Of a stretch of DNA of 64,000 bases, positions 11,837 through 25,186 are shown in pieces. Origin of the DNA: Scyliorhinus canicula (Eukaryota); contig NC_052157.1 of the NCBI RefSeq assembly GCF_902713615.1, positions 155,668,671-155,732,670 of the forward strand. Reading direction: 5' to 3'. Position 1 is the stretch's first letter; each line of letters begins with the position of its first letter. Made by a program: the position numbers and the translations under genes. The notes below the pieces were generated by a model. That model was not told the origin of the DNA and did no database searches. It was given only the letters and a program-made list of their open reading frames with translations.

Positions 11837-12681
11837 AACAGATATGATGGTAGGACCACTGGATGGTTCTCCAGCCATCTCCCCATTAACCCTCAAAACG
11901 GATTGGTTGCTAATTAATTCATCCCCCTTGCTATCTGCTTCTTCGACCTTGAAGAGGCTCTGTAGACCTTCAAAAGGATGTGGGTTAACCGGCCGCTCAC
12001 TTGGTATCACTCCACAGTCCCCGCTGTCCTCGTCCTGACTAACTGATGTTGTGCTATCATCTATACCTTCCATCAAAGCAAGCCTACTCTGGGACGTTCC
12101 TCACCTGAAGGGAATGGCAATGAACTTACTGCAAGAGGCTACAGTTACTTCTGGAAAAGTCCAATCCACTTTCTCCTTTGGTTGCCATCTCCTTCACGAG
12201 CTTTGGAAGAATTGCTTGCCAATTGTTCACGATCAATTAGTGACGGGTCTATTCGGTAACAACTGTTTATCATCACTTCATAATCAGAACCGAAATCACA
12301 GTCAAAACCCCTCGTCTGACTCTTTATCCTAATGATCACCTTCAGCCTGAAAATGCTCAGGATCCAGTTCACTACAGGCTCCAGGCTGCTCGTACTGCTG
12401 AGTGCTCTGTCCTGTAAATGTTCAGAGAGCCCCTGATAATGCGGGAACCCACCCAGGCCGCCCATCCGGAAACCTTCATACCCCAACAGTATCATCGAGG
12501 GGATGGTCATGGCCAAGCTGAATGAGGTGCCCACCAGCTGGCGCACCTCAGAAGTGCTGCCCCATGGCAACGGAAGCAGGGGATTAGCAGAGCTCACCCC
12601 AATCAGACACCTGCATCAGGCCTCCACACGATGTCCTCTCCTGGTTGCTATGTTCCTTGTATTGTTCTCCAAGATAGCCAA

Positions 12682-13400
12682 GTGGTAGTGTTTACAAAGA
12701 ACAGAAAACTATAAGTTTAAATTAAAGCTAGTTTGTTTTACACTGCTTGAAGTGGTTCGCTCACTTTACTGAATAACAGCTAACAAAATAATAGTATTGA
12801 ATCAGGGGCTGGTTTAGCTCACAAGGCTAAATCGCTGGCTTATAAAGCAGACCAAGCAGGCCAGCAGCACGGTTCAATTCCCGTACCAGGCGCCGGAATG
12901 TGGTGACTAGGGGCTTTTCACAGTAACTTCATTGAAGCCTACTCGTGACAATAAGCGATTTTCATTTTTCATTTCATATGTTGCAGCAATTAATTATCTT
13001 TCTTGAATATAACTTATACTCGAACTCAACCTGACACTATGCTTCTTCATCAACTTCCCCAACAGCTTCTCCCAGAATGCCTAGAGATGCAGCCTTTTAT
13101 GGAACTAATCAGTAATGCCATCTAGTGTTGATATACATGAACATCACCTTGTTAACCCTTTATATATACTATACATATCTTTAAATCCCCCCATTTTTTA
13201 GACGTTTGTAAAGTACAAACAGGAAAATATAAGTAACATTATTACATGATACATTGATATGTATGCCAAAAGTTAACAAGTGAGTTAAAATTTGCTAAAC
13301 AGTTAATTTGTTGTTCTTTACAAATTCAATCTGTCAGGTTTCTTTCTGATTCGGGATGATCTCCTCAATTGAGTAGTAGATTTGTCCAAAAGCTTCGGAA
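12682..13400 (-). mobile_element. Gypsy LTR retrotransposon 3' remnant (integrase C-terminus, PPT, 3' LTR)
   Basis: Minus strand 13368-13318 reads LRRSSRIRKKPDRLNL*; G-rich PPT at ~13186-13198; LTR-like AT-rich segment carries a SINE at 12805-12977. Confidence 0.6.
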
Positions 13401-13823
13401 AGTCAGGTTAGGTCGGGTTTCGGGGATTGGACAGGGGATTGCAACTGGGTGCTCTTTCAGAGGTTCAGTGCAGACTCGATGGGCTGAATGGCCTCTTTCA
13501 GCCCTGTCGGAATTCTATCGCCACCAGAGCAAGGAAAAACATGTCTCAGCCACAGCTACCAAAAGTAAATTTGGATCTATTTAAAAGTCATTTTTATATA
13601 CTCCAAAAATATTTGAGATTAACCAAGATATTCCTGTCACACATGATGAATGAGAAAAAGAAGTTGCATTTAAAAACTTCCATCCATGAATTCAGAATAT
13701 TCCACTATGTGTCACAGCCAATTAAATACTTCATGAAGTGTGATCACTGTTTCACACTATAAAATTATAAAATTGCTGCAGCTAATTTGCAGAGCAAGGT
13801 CCCACAAACGGCAATGAAACTAT

Positions 13824-16800
13824 CAGCACTCCCTCAGAACGCATCTCTGACAGTGCAGCACTCCCTCAGAACACATCTCTGACAGTGCCGCACTCCCTCA
13901 GAACACATCGCTGGCATTGCCGCACTCCCTCAGAACGCATCTCTGACAGTGCCGCACTCCCTCAGAACACATCGCTGACAGTGCAGCACTCCCTCAGAAC
14001 ACATCTCTGACAGTGCCGCACTCCCTCAGAACACATCTCTGACAGTGCCGCACTCCCTCAGAACGCATCTCTGACAGTGCCGCACTCCCTCAGAACACAT
14101 CGCTGACAGTGCCGCACTCCCTCAGAACACATCTCTGACAGTGCAGCACTCCCTCAGAACGCATCACTGACAGTGCCGCACTCCCTCAGAACGCATCTCT
14201 GACAGTGCCGCACTCCCTCAGAACACATCTCTGATAGTGCAGCACTCCCTCAGAACGCATCTCTGACAGAGCAGCACTCCCTCAGAACACATCGCTGACA
14301 GTGCAGCACTCCCTCAGAACGCATCGCTGACAGTGCAGCACTCCCTCAGAACGCATCGCTGACAGTGCAGCACTCCCTCAGAACGCATCTCTGACAGTGC
14401 AGCACTCCCTCAGAACACATCGCTGACAGTGCAGCACTCCCTCAGAACTCATCTCTGACAGTGCTGCACTCCCTCAGAACACATCTCTGACAGTGCCGCA
14501 CTCCCTCAGAACTCATCACTGACAGTACAGCACTCCCTCAGAACACATCGCTGACAGTGCAGCACTCCCTCAGAACACATCGCTGACAGTGCAGCACTCC
14601 CTCAGAACGCATCGCTGACAGTGCAGCACTCCCTCAGAACGCATCACTGACAGTGCAGCACTCCCTCAGAACACATCGCTGACAGTGCAGCACTCCCTCA
14701 GAACACATCTCTGACAGTGCAGCACTCCCTCAGAACACATCGCTGACAGTGCCGCACTCCCTCAGAACGCATCGCTGACAGTGCCGCACTCCCTCAGAAC
14801 GCATCGCTGACAGTGCCGCACTCCCTCAGAACGCTTCTCTGACAGTGCAGCACTCCCTCAGAACGCTTCTCTGACAGTGCAGCACTCCCTCAGAACGCTT
14901 CTCTGACAGTGCAGCACTCCCTCAGAACGCATCTCTGACAGTGCAGCACTCCCTCAGAACGCATCGCTGACAGTGCAGCACTCCCACAGAACGCATCACT
15001 GACAGTGCAGCACTCCCTCAGAACGCATCTCTGACAGTGCAGCACTCCCTCAGAACGCATCACTGACAGTGCAGCACTCCCTCAGAACGCATCTCTGACA
15101 GTGCAGCACTCCCTCAGAACGCATCTCTGACAGTGCCGCACTCCCTCAGAACACATCGCTGACAGTGCAGCACTCCCTCAGAACGCATCTCTGACAGTGC
15201 AGCACTCCCTCAGAACACATCTCTGACAGTGCAGCACTCCCTCAGAACACATCACTGACAGTGCAGCACTCCCTCAGAACGCATCGCTGACAGTGCAGCA
15301 CTCCCTCAGAACGCTTCTCTGACAGTGCAGCACTCCCTCAGAACACATCACTGACAGTGCAGCACTCCCTCAGAACGCTTCTCTGACAGTGCAGCACTCC
15401 CTCAGAACGCATCGCTGACAGTGCAGCACTCCCACAGAACGCATCACTGACAGTGCAGCACTCCCTCAGAACGCATCACTCGCAGTGCAGCACTCCCTCA
15501 GAACTCATCACTGACAGTGCAGCACTCCCTCAGAACACATCGCTGACAGTGCAGCACTCCCTCAGAACACATCTCTGACAGTGCAGCACTCCCTCAGAAC
15601 GCATCGCTGACAGTGCAGCACTCCCTCAGAACTCATCACTGACAGTGCCGCACTCCCTCAGAACACATCGCTGACAGTGCAGCACTCCCTCAGAACACAT
15701 CTCTGACAGTGCAGCACTCCCTCAGAACGCATCTCTGACAGTGCAGCACTCCCTCAGAACGCATCGCTGACAGTGCAGCACTCCCTCAGAACGCATCTCT
15801 GACAGTGCAGCACTCCCTCAGAACGCATCTCTGACAGTGCAGCACTCCCTCAGAACGCATCTCTGACAGTGCAGCACTCCCTCAGAAAACATCGCTGACA
15901 GTGCAGCACTCCCTCAGAACACATCGCTGACAGTGCAGCACTCCCTCAGAAAACGTCATGACAGTGCAGAACGCCCTCAGAATGCAACGCTGACAGTGCA
16001 GCACTCCCTCAGAACACATCGCTGACAGTGCAGCACTCCCTCAGAACACGTCATGACAGTGCAGAACGCCCTCAGAACACATCGCTGACAGTGCCGCACT
16101 CCCTCAGAACTCATCTCTGACAGTGCAGCACTCCCTCAGAACACATCTCTGACAGTGCAGCACTCCCTCAGAACACATCGCTGACAGTGCAGCACTCCCT
16201 CAGAACACATTACTGACAGTGCAGCACTCCCTCAGAACGCATCACTGACAGTGCAGCACTCCCTCAGAACTCATCTCTGACAGTGCAGCACTCCCTCAGA
16301 ACACATCTCTGACAGTGCAGCACTCCCTCAGAACACATTACTGACAGTGCCACACTCCCTCAGAACACATCGCTGACAGTGCAGCACTCCCTCAGAACAC
16401 ATCTCTGACAGTGCCGCACTCCCTCAGAACCCATCGCTGACAGTGCAGCACTCCCTCAGAACACATCGCTGACAGTGCAGCACTCCCTCAGAACGCATCT
16501 CTGACAGTGCAGCACTCCCTCAGAACGCATCACTGACAGTGCCGCACTCCCTCAGAACGCATCACTGACAGTGCCGCACTCCCTCAGAACACATCTCTGA
16601 CAGTGCAGCACTCCCTCAGAACTCATCACTGACAGAGCAGCACTCCCTCAGAACGCATCACTGACAGAGCCGCACTCCCTCAGAACACATCGCTGACAGT
16701 GCAGCACTCCCTCAGAACACATCGCTGACAGAGCAGCACTCCCTCAGAACGCATCAGTGACAGTGCCGCACTCCCTCAGAACACATCTCTGACAGTGCAG

Positions 16801-17764
16801 CACTCCCTCAGAACACATCTCTGACAGTGCCGCACTCCCTCAGAACACATCGCTGACAGAGCCGCACTCCCTCAGAACACATCTCTGACAGTGCCGCACT
16901 CCCTCAGAACACATCGCTGACAGTGCCGCACTCCCTCAGAACACATCGCTGACAGAGCAGCACTCCCTCAGAACGCATCAGTGACAGTGCCGCACTCCCT
17001 CAGAACACATCGCTGACAGTGCAGCACTCCCTCAGAACTCATCGCTGACAGTGCAGCACTCCCTCAGAACCCATCGCTGACAGTGCAGCACTCCCTCAGA
17101 ACCCATCGCTGACAGTGCAGCACTCCCTCAGAACTCATCTCTGACAGTGCCGCACTCCCTCAGAACACATCGCTGACAGTGCAGCACTCCCTCAGAACGC
17201 ATCTCTGACAGTGCAGCACTCCCTCAGAACGCATCGCTGACAGTGCAGCACTCCCTCAGAACGCATCTCTGACAGTGCAGCACTCCCTCAGAACGCATCG
17301 CTGACAGTGCCGCACTCCCTCAGAACGCATCACTGACAGTGTCGCACTCCCTCAGAACGCATCTCTGACAGTGCCGCACTCCCTCAGAACGCATCGCTGA
17401 CAGTGCCGCACTCCCTCAGAACACATCGCTGACAGTGCAGCACTCCCTCAGAACACATCGCTGACAGTGCAGCACTCCCTCAGAACGCATCGCTGACAGT
17501 GCCGCACTCCCTCAGAACACATCGCTGACAGTGCAGCACTCCCTCAGAACACATCGCTGACAGTGCCGCACTCGCTCAGAACACATCGCTGACAGTGCAG
17601 CACTCCCTCAGAACACATCTCTGACAGAGCAGCACTCCCTCAGAACGCATCGCTGACAGTGCAGCACTCCCTCAGAACACATCGCTGACAGTGTCGCACT
17701 CCCTCAGAACCCATCGCTGACAGTGCCGCACTCCCTCAGAACGCATCGCTGACAGTGCAGCACT
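13824..17764. repeat. 32-bp tandem satellite, about 123 copies
   Basis: Unit GACAGTGC(A/C)GCACTCCCTCAGAAC(G/A/T/C)CATC(T/G/A)CT, period 32, no spacers. Confidence 0.97.
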
Positions 17765-19219
17765 AAGCTGAGGCCTAGTGATATAGCACAAAGGTTAACA
17801 TTAATAAATGACGTGAGTATTTATCCACATTATTAACTGGATCCAAAGGCAAAAGGTGTAATCACAAATGCCTCATCCTCCGTAAAGGGTTGTGGATATT
17901 TTAAGGAACAGTCGGTTGAGCCAAGCGAGGTTTTAAAAATTTTTTTGACATATTTTCTATCGTTTGCAGTTTTCTTTGAAAGTTGCTGACTCATGCTATG
18001 AAACACAGGCGCCTTCAGATCTCTGATACCTCAACCGAGTGGCCATCCTTTCTGTGTAATAATTGTGTGTAATAGTTGTCAAGGACAATTGTAAGGTCTG
18101 TTTCCATAGCAGAGAACAGCTAACACTGCACAGACCTTGAACCGACCTACCTGGTCTCTATGATTCAGAAATACGCTGCATCAATCCAGCTTGGGAGCTT
18201 ACCACTAAATACTTTAGTCGCCTGAATTCTTCAGCACGTTTTGTGTTTTCTATGAGGCAGAAGCACAATAGTTTGTCGACATTACAAGGAACTGTAATTC
18301 AAGTGCTGTGTCGCACACTGAGATGTCCCAAGGTCGTGAAAGACAGTATAAATGCAAAATCTGTTCTTCAATAATTACTTAATTTCCACACTCGTTGCTT
18401 TTGGCAATTGAACACTAATTTTGCGGTAGATTAATTCTTTTGAGGAATCAAAGACTTAACAGTGAATGAAGAGTGGGGATCATCCAGGTAAGATAACAAT
18501 GTCTGACAACGTAGAGCTAAGTAACTGAAAAGCAGAAGACTCTGGTAGCTTTAAATCTGAAATACTAACAGAACACTGGAAATACTCAGCATCTATGGGG
18601 AGAGGCACAAAGTTCACGTTTGAAGGCTGTGACCTTCCATCAGAACTGGGAAAGATTTCAGCAATTCTTGTTTTTATTTTCAGTTACGTGCTTGGGAACG
18701 TTGAGGTCAATTCCTCCTGACACCACACACCTCCTATAAAGCACATTTGTGCAGTGGCTGCAGGGGAAGCTGTGGCCTTCCTATTTTGCATGGTAATAAT
18801 CTTCATCTGCGTCACAAATAGGCTTACGTTAACACTGCAATGAAGTTACTGTGAAAATCCCCCATAGTCGCCACACTCCGGCGCCTGTTCAGGTACACAG
18901 AGGGAGAATTCGGAATGTCCAATTCACCTAACAAGCACGTCTTTTGGGACTTGTGAGAGGAAACTGGAGCACCCGGAGGAAATCCACGCAGACACGGGGA
19001 GAACGTGCAGACTCCGCACAGACAGTGACCCAAGCCGGGAATCGAACCCAGGTCCCTGGCGCTGTGAAAAAATGAATGAAATGAAAATCGCTTATTGTTT
19101 CAATGAAGTTATTGTGAAAAACCCCTAGTCGCCACATTCCGGCGCCTGTTCGGAGAGGCTGTTACGGGAAGCAACAGTGCTAACCACTGTGCTACTGTGT
19201 CACCATGGTTCCACAATAG

Positions 19220-19850
19220 GGAACAGAGATCATAGGAGCAGGACTAGGCCATTCAACCCTGTGAGTCTACTCCACCGTTCATGTAGATCATGGTTAATCT
19301 TCTACCTCAGCACTATTTTCCTGCAATATCTAAAAACCTATCGATCTGTGTCTTGAATATATTCAATGACTGAGCCTCCACGGACCACTGGGGAAGCAAA
19401 TTCCTAAGATTCACCACCCTCCCACAGCCAAGACATTCCTCCTCATCTCAGTCCTAAATAGCTAACCACTTATTCTGAGAGTGTGTCCCCTGGTTCTCGC
19501 ACCCCCTCCCCAGCCAGGGGAAACCATCCTTCTTCCTTCTACCCGTTTGAACTCTGTAAGGATTCTGCGTGCTTCAACGAGAACACTTCACATTCTTCTA
19601 AACTCTAGAAAAGGCAGGCTCAGTCTGCTCAATCTCTCCTCGGAGAACAACCCTGCCATCCCAGGATCCAGTCTAGTGAACCTCTGATTCACTCCCTCTA
19701 TGGCAAGTAGATCCTTTCTTCGGTAAGGCGGCCAAAACTGTACACAGTACTCCAGGTAAGGTCGCACTAAGACCTTATGCCATTGCAGCAAGACAGCTTT
19801 ACGCCTGTACTCAAATTCTTTTGCAATAAAGGATAAAATCCCATTTGCAG
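19220..19850 (-). mobile_element. CR1 LINE 3' fragment
   Basis: Minus ORF contains LVRPYLEYCVQFWPPY...QRFTRL, matching the CR1 RT C-terminus. Confidence 0.8.
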
Positions 19851-20600
19851 GGGAGGTATGAAAATAAATTTGCAATTGGATTCGAAAAGCCAAAAATCAC
19901 CCTCTTGGTAACCTGACTGGAATGTACACCTTGTTTCCGATAGATCACCTCCTGTAATTAGGGGGAGGGTGGTGGTGTTGTGGCAATGTGGGCGGCACAG
20001 TAGTACAAGTGGTTAGCACTGCTGCCTCACAGCGCCAGGGTCCCAGGTTCGATTCTCGGCTTGGGTCACCGTCTGTGCGGAGTCTGCCCGTTCTCCCCAT
20101 GTCTGCGTGGGTTTCCTCCGGGTGCTCCGGTTTCCTCCCACAAGTCCCGAAAGACGTGCTGGTTAGGTAATTTGGACATTCTGAATTCTCCCTTCTACCC
20201 GAACAGGTGCCGGAATGTGGCGACTAGGGGCTTTTCACAGTAACTTCATTGCAGTGTTAATGTAAGCCTACTTGTGACAATCATAAAGATTATGATTAGA
20301 TTATTATGTCACTGGGCTAGTAGTCCAAAGGCTCAGGGTAATTCTCATGGGGTTCAAATCCCACCATGGCAGCTGGTGGAATTTAAATGAAATTCATAAA
20401 TCGGAATATAAAGTTGGTCTCTGCAATGGTGACCATAACAAACATCTTTGATTCTTGTAAAAACCCGTCTGGGTCAACTAGGGAAGGAAATCTACCATCC
20501 TTACCCGGTCTGGCCTCCAGGTGACTCCAGACCCACAGCAATGTGGTTGACTCTTACCTGGCCCTTTGAAATGGGCCCAGCAAATCATTCAGTTCAAGGG

Positions 20601-20843
20601 TGTGGTGATAACCACTGTAGATATGCATACTTGCAGTAGGGGGATGTATGCCTGTACCTGTAATACAGGTTCCTCCGGTAAGCCCCTGCCGGCTAGCTCC
20701 GCCCACAGGGAGCTTGTTTATAAATATACGTGTGAGTCACTGAGATCCTATTCTACAGCTGCCGCCGGAGGAATCGCATCACACAGCAATAAAGCCTCGA
20801 TTGTACATGTCTCGAGTCTTTGTGTGCAATTGTTAGCGCCACA
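20601..20843 (+). mobile_element. Solo LTR inserted into a SINE
   Basis: TGTGGTG...CGCCACA termini; perfect TSD AAGGG (20596-20600, 20844-20848); TATAAA and AATAAA inside. Confidence 0.85.
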
Positions 20844-22559
20844 AAGGGCAATTAGGGAAGGGCAACAAATGTTGGCTCTCTTAATGACACCCATATTCCA
20901 TGAAAGCACAAAAAAAAGTGGGAGATCGATTCACAGGTGACATTGGTCCGTAGAGATTCAGTAGCAAACTTTTAAAGCAATATTTCAGAATAAATTGATA
21001 AGATAGATTCCAATGAGATTGAAAACAGGGGAGGATCCACCATCTGCGGTTAACCAAAGAAGTTACAGGCAGTATGAAACTTAAAGAAAAGATATATAAT
21101 TATGCAACGGTCAGAATATAAAGAACAGCAGAAAATGACAAAATCATTAATAAAGAGAGGAAAATGAGCGTACGAGAGAAAGCTAGTTGTAAATATAAAG
21201 GTGGATTGTAAAAGTTTCGACAGGTATTTGAAGAAAAGAGTTAACAAAGTGAGCATTGGTCCTATAGACCTTGAGCCTGGAGGAGAGTAACAAGACGGCA
21301 GCAGAATTAAGTAGGTATTTAGCATCGGTCTTCTCTATAGAGGATGCAGGTAACATCCCAGATATAGCTGTGAATCAGGACATGGAAGGGAGAGAGGAAC
21401 TGAGGAAAATGACAATCAGCAAGGAAGTTGGAGCTGCCGGCTGACAAATCCCTGGGTCCTGGTAGACTTCATCCTAGGATCATGAAAGAAGTGGCTGGTG
21501 TAATATTTGATGGGTGGTTTAATTTTCCCAAATTCCCTAGATTCGGGGAAGGTTCCATCAGATTGGAAAATAGTGAATGTAACTCTTTTATTCAGAAATG
21601 GAGGAAGAGAGACAACAGGAAAGTCCAGGCCAGTTAGCTTAACATCTGACATGTGTATTACAATCCTGGACCAGTTCATGTAACACTGTGCGGAAAGGGT
21701 GATGCGCCCCAGGAGTGATTGCATGAAAAAATAGGGCTTTGGTATTTCTAACACAAAACTTTTTTTTAAAATTTAGAGTACCCAATTCTTCTTTTCCAAT
21801 TAAGGGGCAATTTAGCGTGGCCAATTAAAAACATTATTTTTTAAATAATCTTTATTGTCACAAGTAGGCTTACATTAACACTGCAATGAAGTTAATGTGA
21901 AAATCCCCTAGTCGCCACATTCCGGCGCCTGTTCGGGTACACAGAGGGAGAATTCAGAATGTCCAATTCACCTATCAGCACGTCTTTCAGGACTTGTGGG
22001 AGGAAACCGGAGCACCCGGAGGAAATCCACGCAGACACGGGGAGAACGTGCAGACTCCGCACAGACAGCGACCCGAGCCGGGAATCAAACCTGGGACCCT
22101 GGCGCTGTGAAGTAACAGTGCTAACAATTCACCTACCCTGCACATCCTTTTGGGTTGTGGGGGTGAGACCCACGCAAACACGGGGAGAATGTGCAAACTC
22201 CACATAGATAGTGACCCGGGTCCAGGATTGAACCCAAGTCCTCGGCGCTGTGAAGCAGCAGTGCTAACAACTGCCCAACCGTGCTGCCCCTAAAACAAAA
22301 TTTTATTATAAATACAATATTAAACTTTTAACTTCACACCTGAAAAAGAACAGCTTACATTTATCCCTTAACAACAAGAAAAGAAACATACAGATCTTAA
22401 TCCAGCTTAAAATTAGCAGGGCATGGAATAATACTTGCAATACAGAACAGATTCTGGCCCTTATTAGAACCCCTTCAGAATCTTCAAGCAGCTATTTTAA
22501 CTCGGTTGTTTCGGCCTCTTTCTTGTCCTCAGACAATAATGCTCTGCTTTTAAAATATT

Positions 22560-24791
22560 GGGCGGGATTCTCCGACCCCACGCAGGGTCGGAGAATTGGC
22601 GGGAAGCGGCGTTATTTCCGCTCCCGCAGGTTTTCGAATTCTCCCGCCGGTAAAAAACCGGCGTTGTGCAAATCCCGCCGGCAGCCTGTGAAAACAGCTG
22701 GCGCCGGCGGGATTTCATTTTATTTGCACTGACCTTAAATCTCCGGCCCGGATGGGCCGAAGTCCCGCCGACGTGGCCACGGGTCACGTCGGCGAAAATC
22801 ACAGTTGATTTAAAACGGCGTCAACCATTGATGATGGTTGACGCCGTTCAGTGTCGGGGGTGGGTTGCGGCATGGGGGGGCATCGGGGGGGGGGTGGGTT
22901 GCGGCCATCGGGGGGTTGCGTTGCGGCCATCGGGGGGTTGGGTTGCGGCCATCGGGGGAGTGGGTTGCGGCCATCGGGGGGTTGCGTTGCGGCCATCGGG
23001 GGGTTGCGTTGCGGCCATCGGGGGGTTGCGGCCATCGGGGGAGTGGGTTGCGGCATCGGGGGGGTTGCGGCCATCGGGGGAGTGGGTTGCAGCATCGGGG
23101 GAGTGGGTTGCGGCCATCGGGGGAGTGGGTTGCAGCATCGGGGGAGTGGGTTGCGGCCATCGGGGGAGGGGGTTGCAGCATCGGGGGAGTGGGTTGCGGC
23201 CATCGGGGGAGTGGGTTGCAGCATCGGGGGAGTGGGTTGCGGCCATCGGGGGAGTGGGTTGCAGCATCGGGGGAGTGGGTTGCGGCCATCGGGGTAGGAG
23301 GAGAGAGGGGGGGGGGAGGAGGAGAGAGGGGGGGGGAGGAGGAGAGGGGGGGGAGAGGAGGAGAGAGGGGGGGAGAGGAGGAGAGAGGGGGGGGGAGAGG
23401 AGGAGAGAGGGGGGAGGAGGAGGAGAGAGGGGGGGGAGGAGGAGAGAGGGGGGGGGAGAGGAGGAGAGAGGGGGGGAGAGGAGGCGAGAGGGGGGGGAGA
23501 GGAGGAGAGAGGGGGGGGAGAGGAGGAGAGAGGGGGGGGAGAGGAGGAGAGAGGGGGGGGGAGAGGAGGACAGAGGGGGGGGAGAGGAGGAGAGAGGGGG
23601 GGGAGAGGAGGAGAGAGGGGGGGGTGTGGATACCGGCCTTCAGAGGGAGGGGGACCCGGCGTTGGGGGAGGGGGGGGACCCGGCGTTGGGGGGGGGGGGC
23701 GGGACCCGGCGTTGGGGGGTAGGGGTGGTGGGGAGGGAGGTAGGGGTGGTGGGGAGGGAGGTAGGGGTGGTGGGGAGGGAGGTAGGGGTGGTGAGGGGGG
23801 GTGGAGGTAGGGGTGGTGAGGGGGGGGTGGAGGTAGGGGTGGTGAGGGGGGGGTTGAGGTAGGGGTGGTGAGGGGGGGGGTGTTGGGGTAGGGGGCAGCG
23901 GCGTACAGAGGGGGGGGCGACGGTGCGTTGGCCCCGGGCATCCGTCGCCCCCCCTCTCTGCCCGCCGCTGCCCCCAAACCCCCCCCCCCCAAATGCCGGA
24001 ACACACACCCCCCCCAAATGCCGGAACACACCCCCCCCCCAATGCCGGAACACACACACCCCCCCCCCCAAATGCCGGAACACACACACACCCCCCCCCA
24101 AATGCCGGAACTCACCCCCCCCAAATGCCGGAACACCCCCCCTCAATGCCGGAACACACACACCCCCCCCCCCAAATGCCGGAACACACACACACCCCCC
24201 CCCCCCCAAATGCCGGAACTCACCCCCCCCCCAATGCCGGAACACACCCCCCCCCCCCCACAAAATGCCGGAACACACCCCCCCCCCCCCCCCCAATGCC
24301 GGAACACACACAGCCCCCCCCCCCAAATGCCGGAACACACACACCCCCCCCCCCCCAAATGCCGGAACACCCCCCCCCCCCAATGCCGGAACACACACAC
24401 ACCCCCCCCCCCAAATGCCGGAACACACACACCCCCCCCCCCCCAAAATGCCGGAACACACACCCCCCCCCCCCAAAATGCCGGAACACACACACACCCC
24501 CCCCCCCAAAATGCCGGAACACACACACACCCCCCCCCCCAAAATGCCGGAACACACACACACCCCCCCCCCCCCAAAATGCCGGGTCTGTCTCTCTCCT
24601 TATCCTCCAAAAAACGCCGGGTCTCACCACTTCCGCAGCTGGTGAAACTGACGCGTATCGCGTCAGTCAGCTGCTAGCCCCTCCGGGAACGGAGAATAGC
24701 GGCCTTAAAGAAGGCCCCGGCGCCGGAGTGATTAACACCGATTTTTTTCGCAGGCAACCCGCGTTACGAAGGGCTACGGAGAATCCCGCCC
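22560..24791. mobile_element. PIF/Harbinger-like non-autonomous DNA transposon filled with G/C-rich minisatellites
   Basis: Perfect 15-bp TIR GGGCGGGATTCTCCG / CGGAGAATCCCGCCC; 3-bp TSD ATT (22557-22559, 24792-24794). Confidence 0.8.
22855..24585. repeat. Series of minisatellites: (GGGGGAGTGGGTTGCGGCCATC)n, (GGAGGAGAGAGGGGGGG)n, (GGGACCCGGCGTTGGGGG)n, (GGAGGTAGGGGTGGTG)n, then (CCCCAAATGCCGGAACACAC)n
   Basis: Visible tandem periodicity; G-rich to ~23920, C-rich afterwards. Confidence 0.95.
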
Positions 24792-25186
24792 ATTATTGCT
24801 CTTTTTCCCCTATCCCAATGAGAAAGGAAACTGCCTCTAAGAACACAAGTGTTGCCAGATCAGACTTCACTTACAAAAGCCTTTTCTCCAAAACCCTGGC
24901 TCTCTCCACAGGGGCTGGTTTAGCTCACTGGGCTAAATCGCTGGCTTTTAAAGCAGACCAAGCAGGCCAGCAGCACGGTTCGATTCCCATACCAGCCTCC
25001 CTAGACAGGCGCCGGAATGTGGCGACTAGGGGCTTTTCACAGTAACTTCATTGAAGCCTACTCGTGACAATAAGCGATTTTCATTTCTCCAAAAGTGCCT
25101 CCCTCCAAAGCCTTCCTTAGCTCCACCCAGTAATGGCCTCATCCCCACAAGTTACCCTCTGCAGGCTGCAAATGAACATTAACTCA

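Noticed and set aside
13824-17764. 32-bp array as a CRISPR array
   Set aside because: Head-to-tail units with no unique spacers, no cas genes, vertebrate context.
22666-25045. Long Pro/Gly-rich ORFs (up to 445 aa)
   Set aside because: Open in several frames on both strands because the minisatellites lack stops; inside a MITE.
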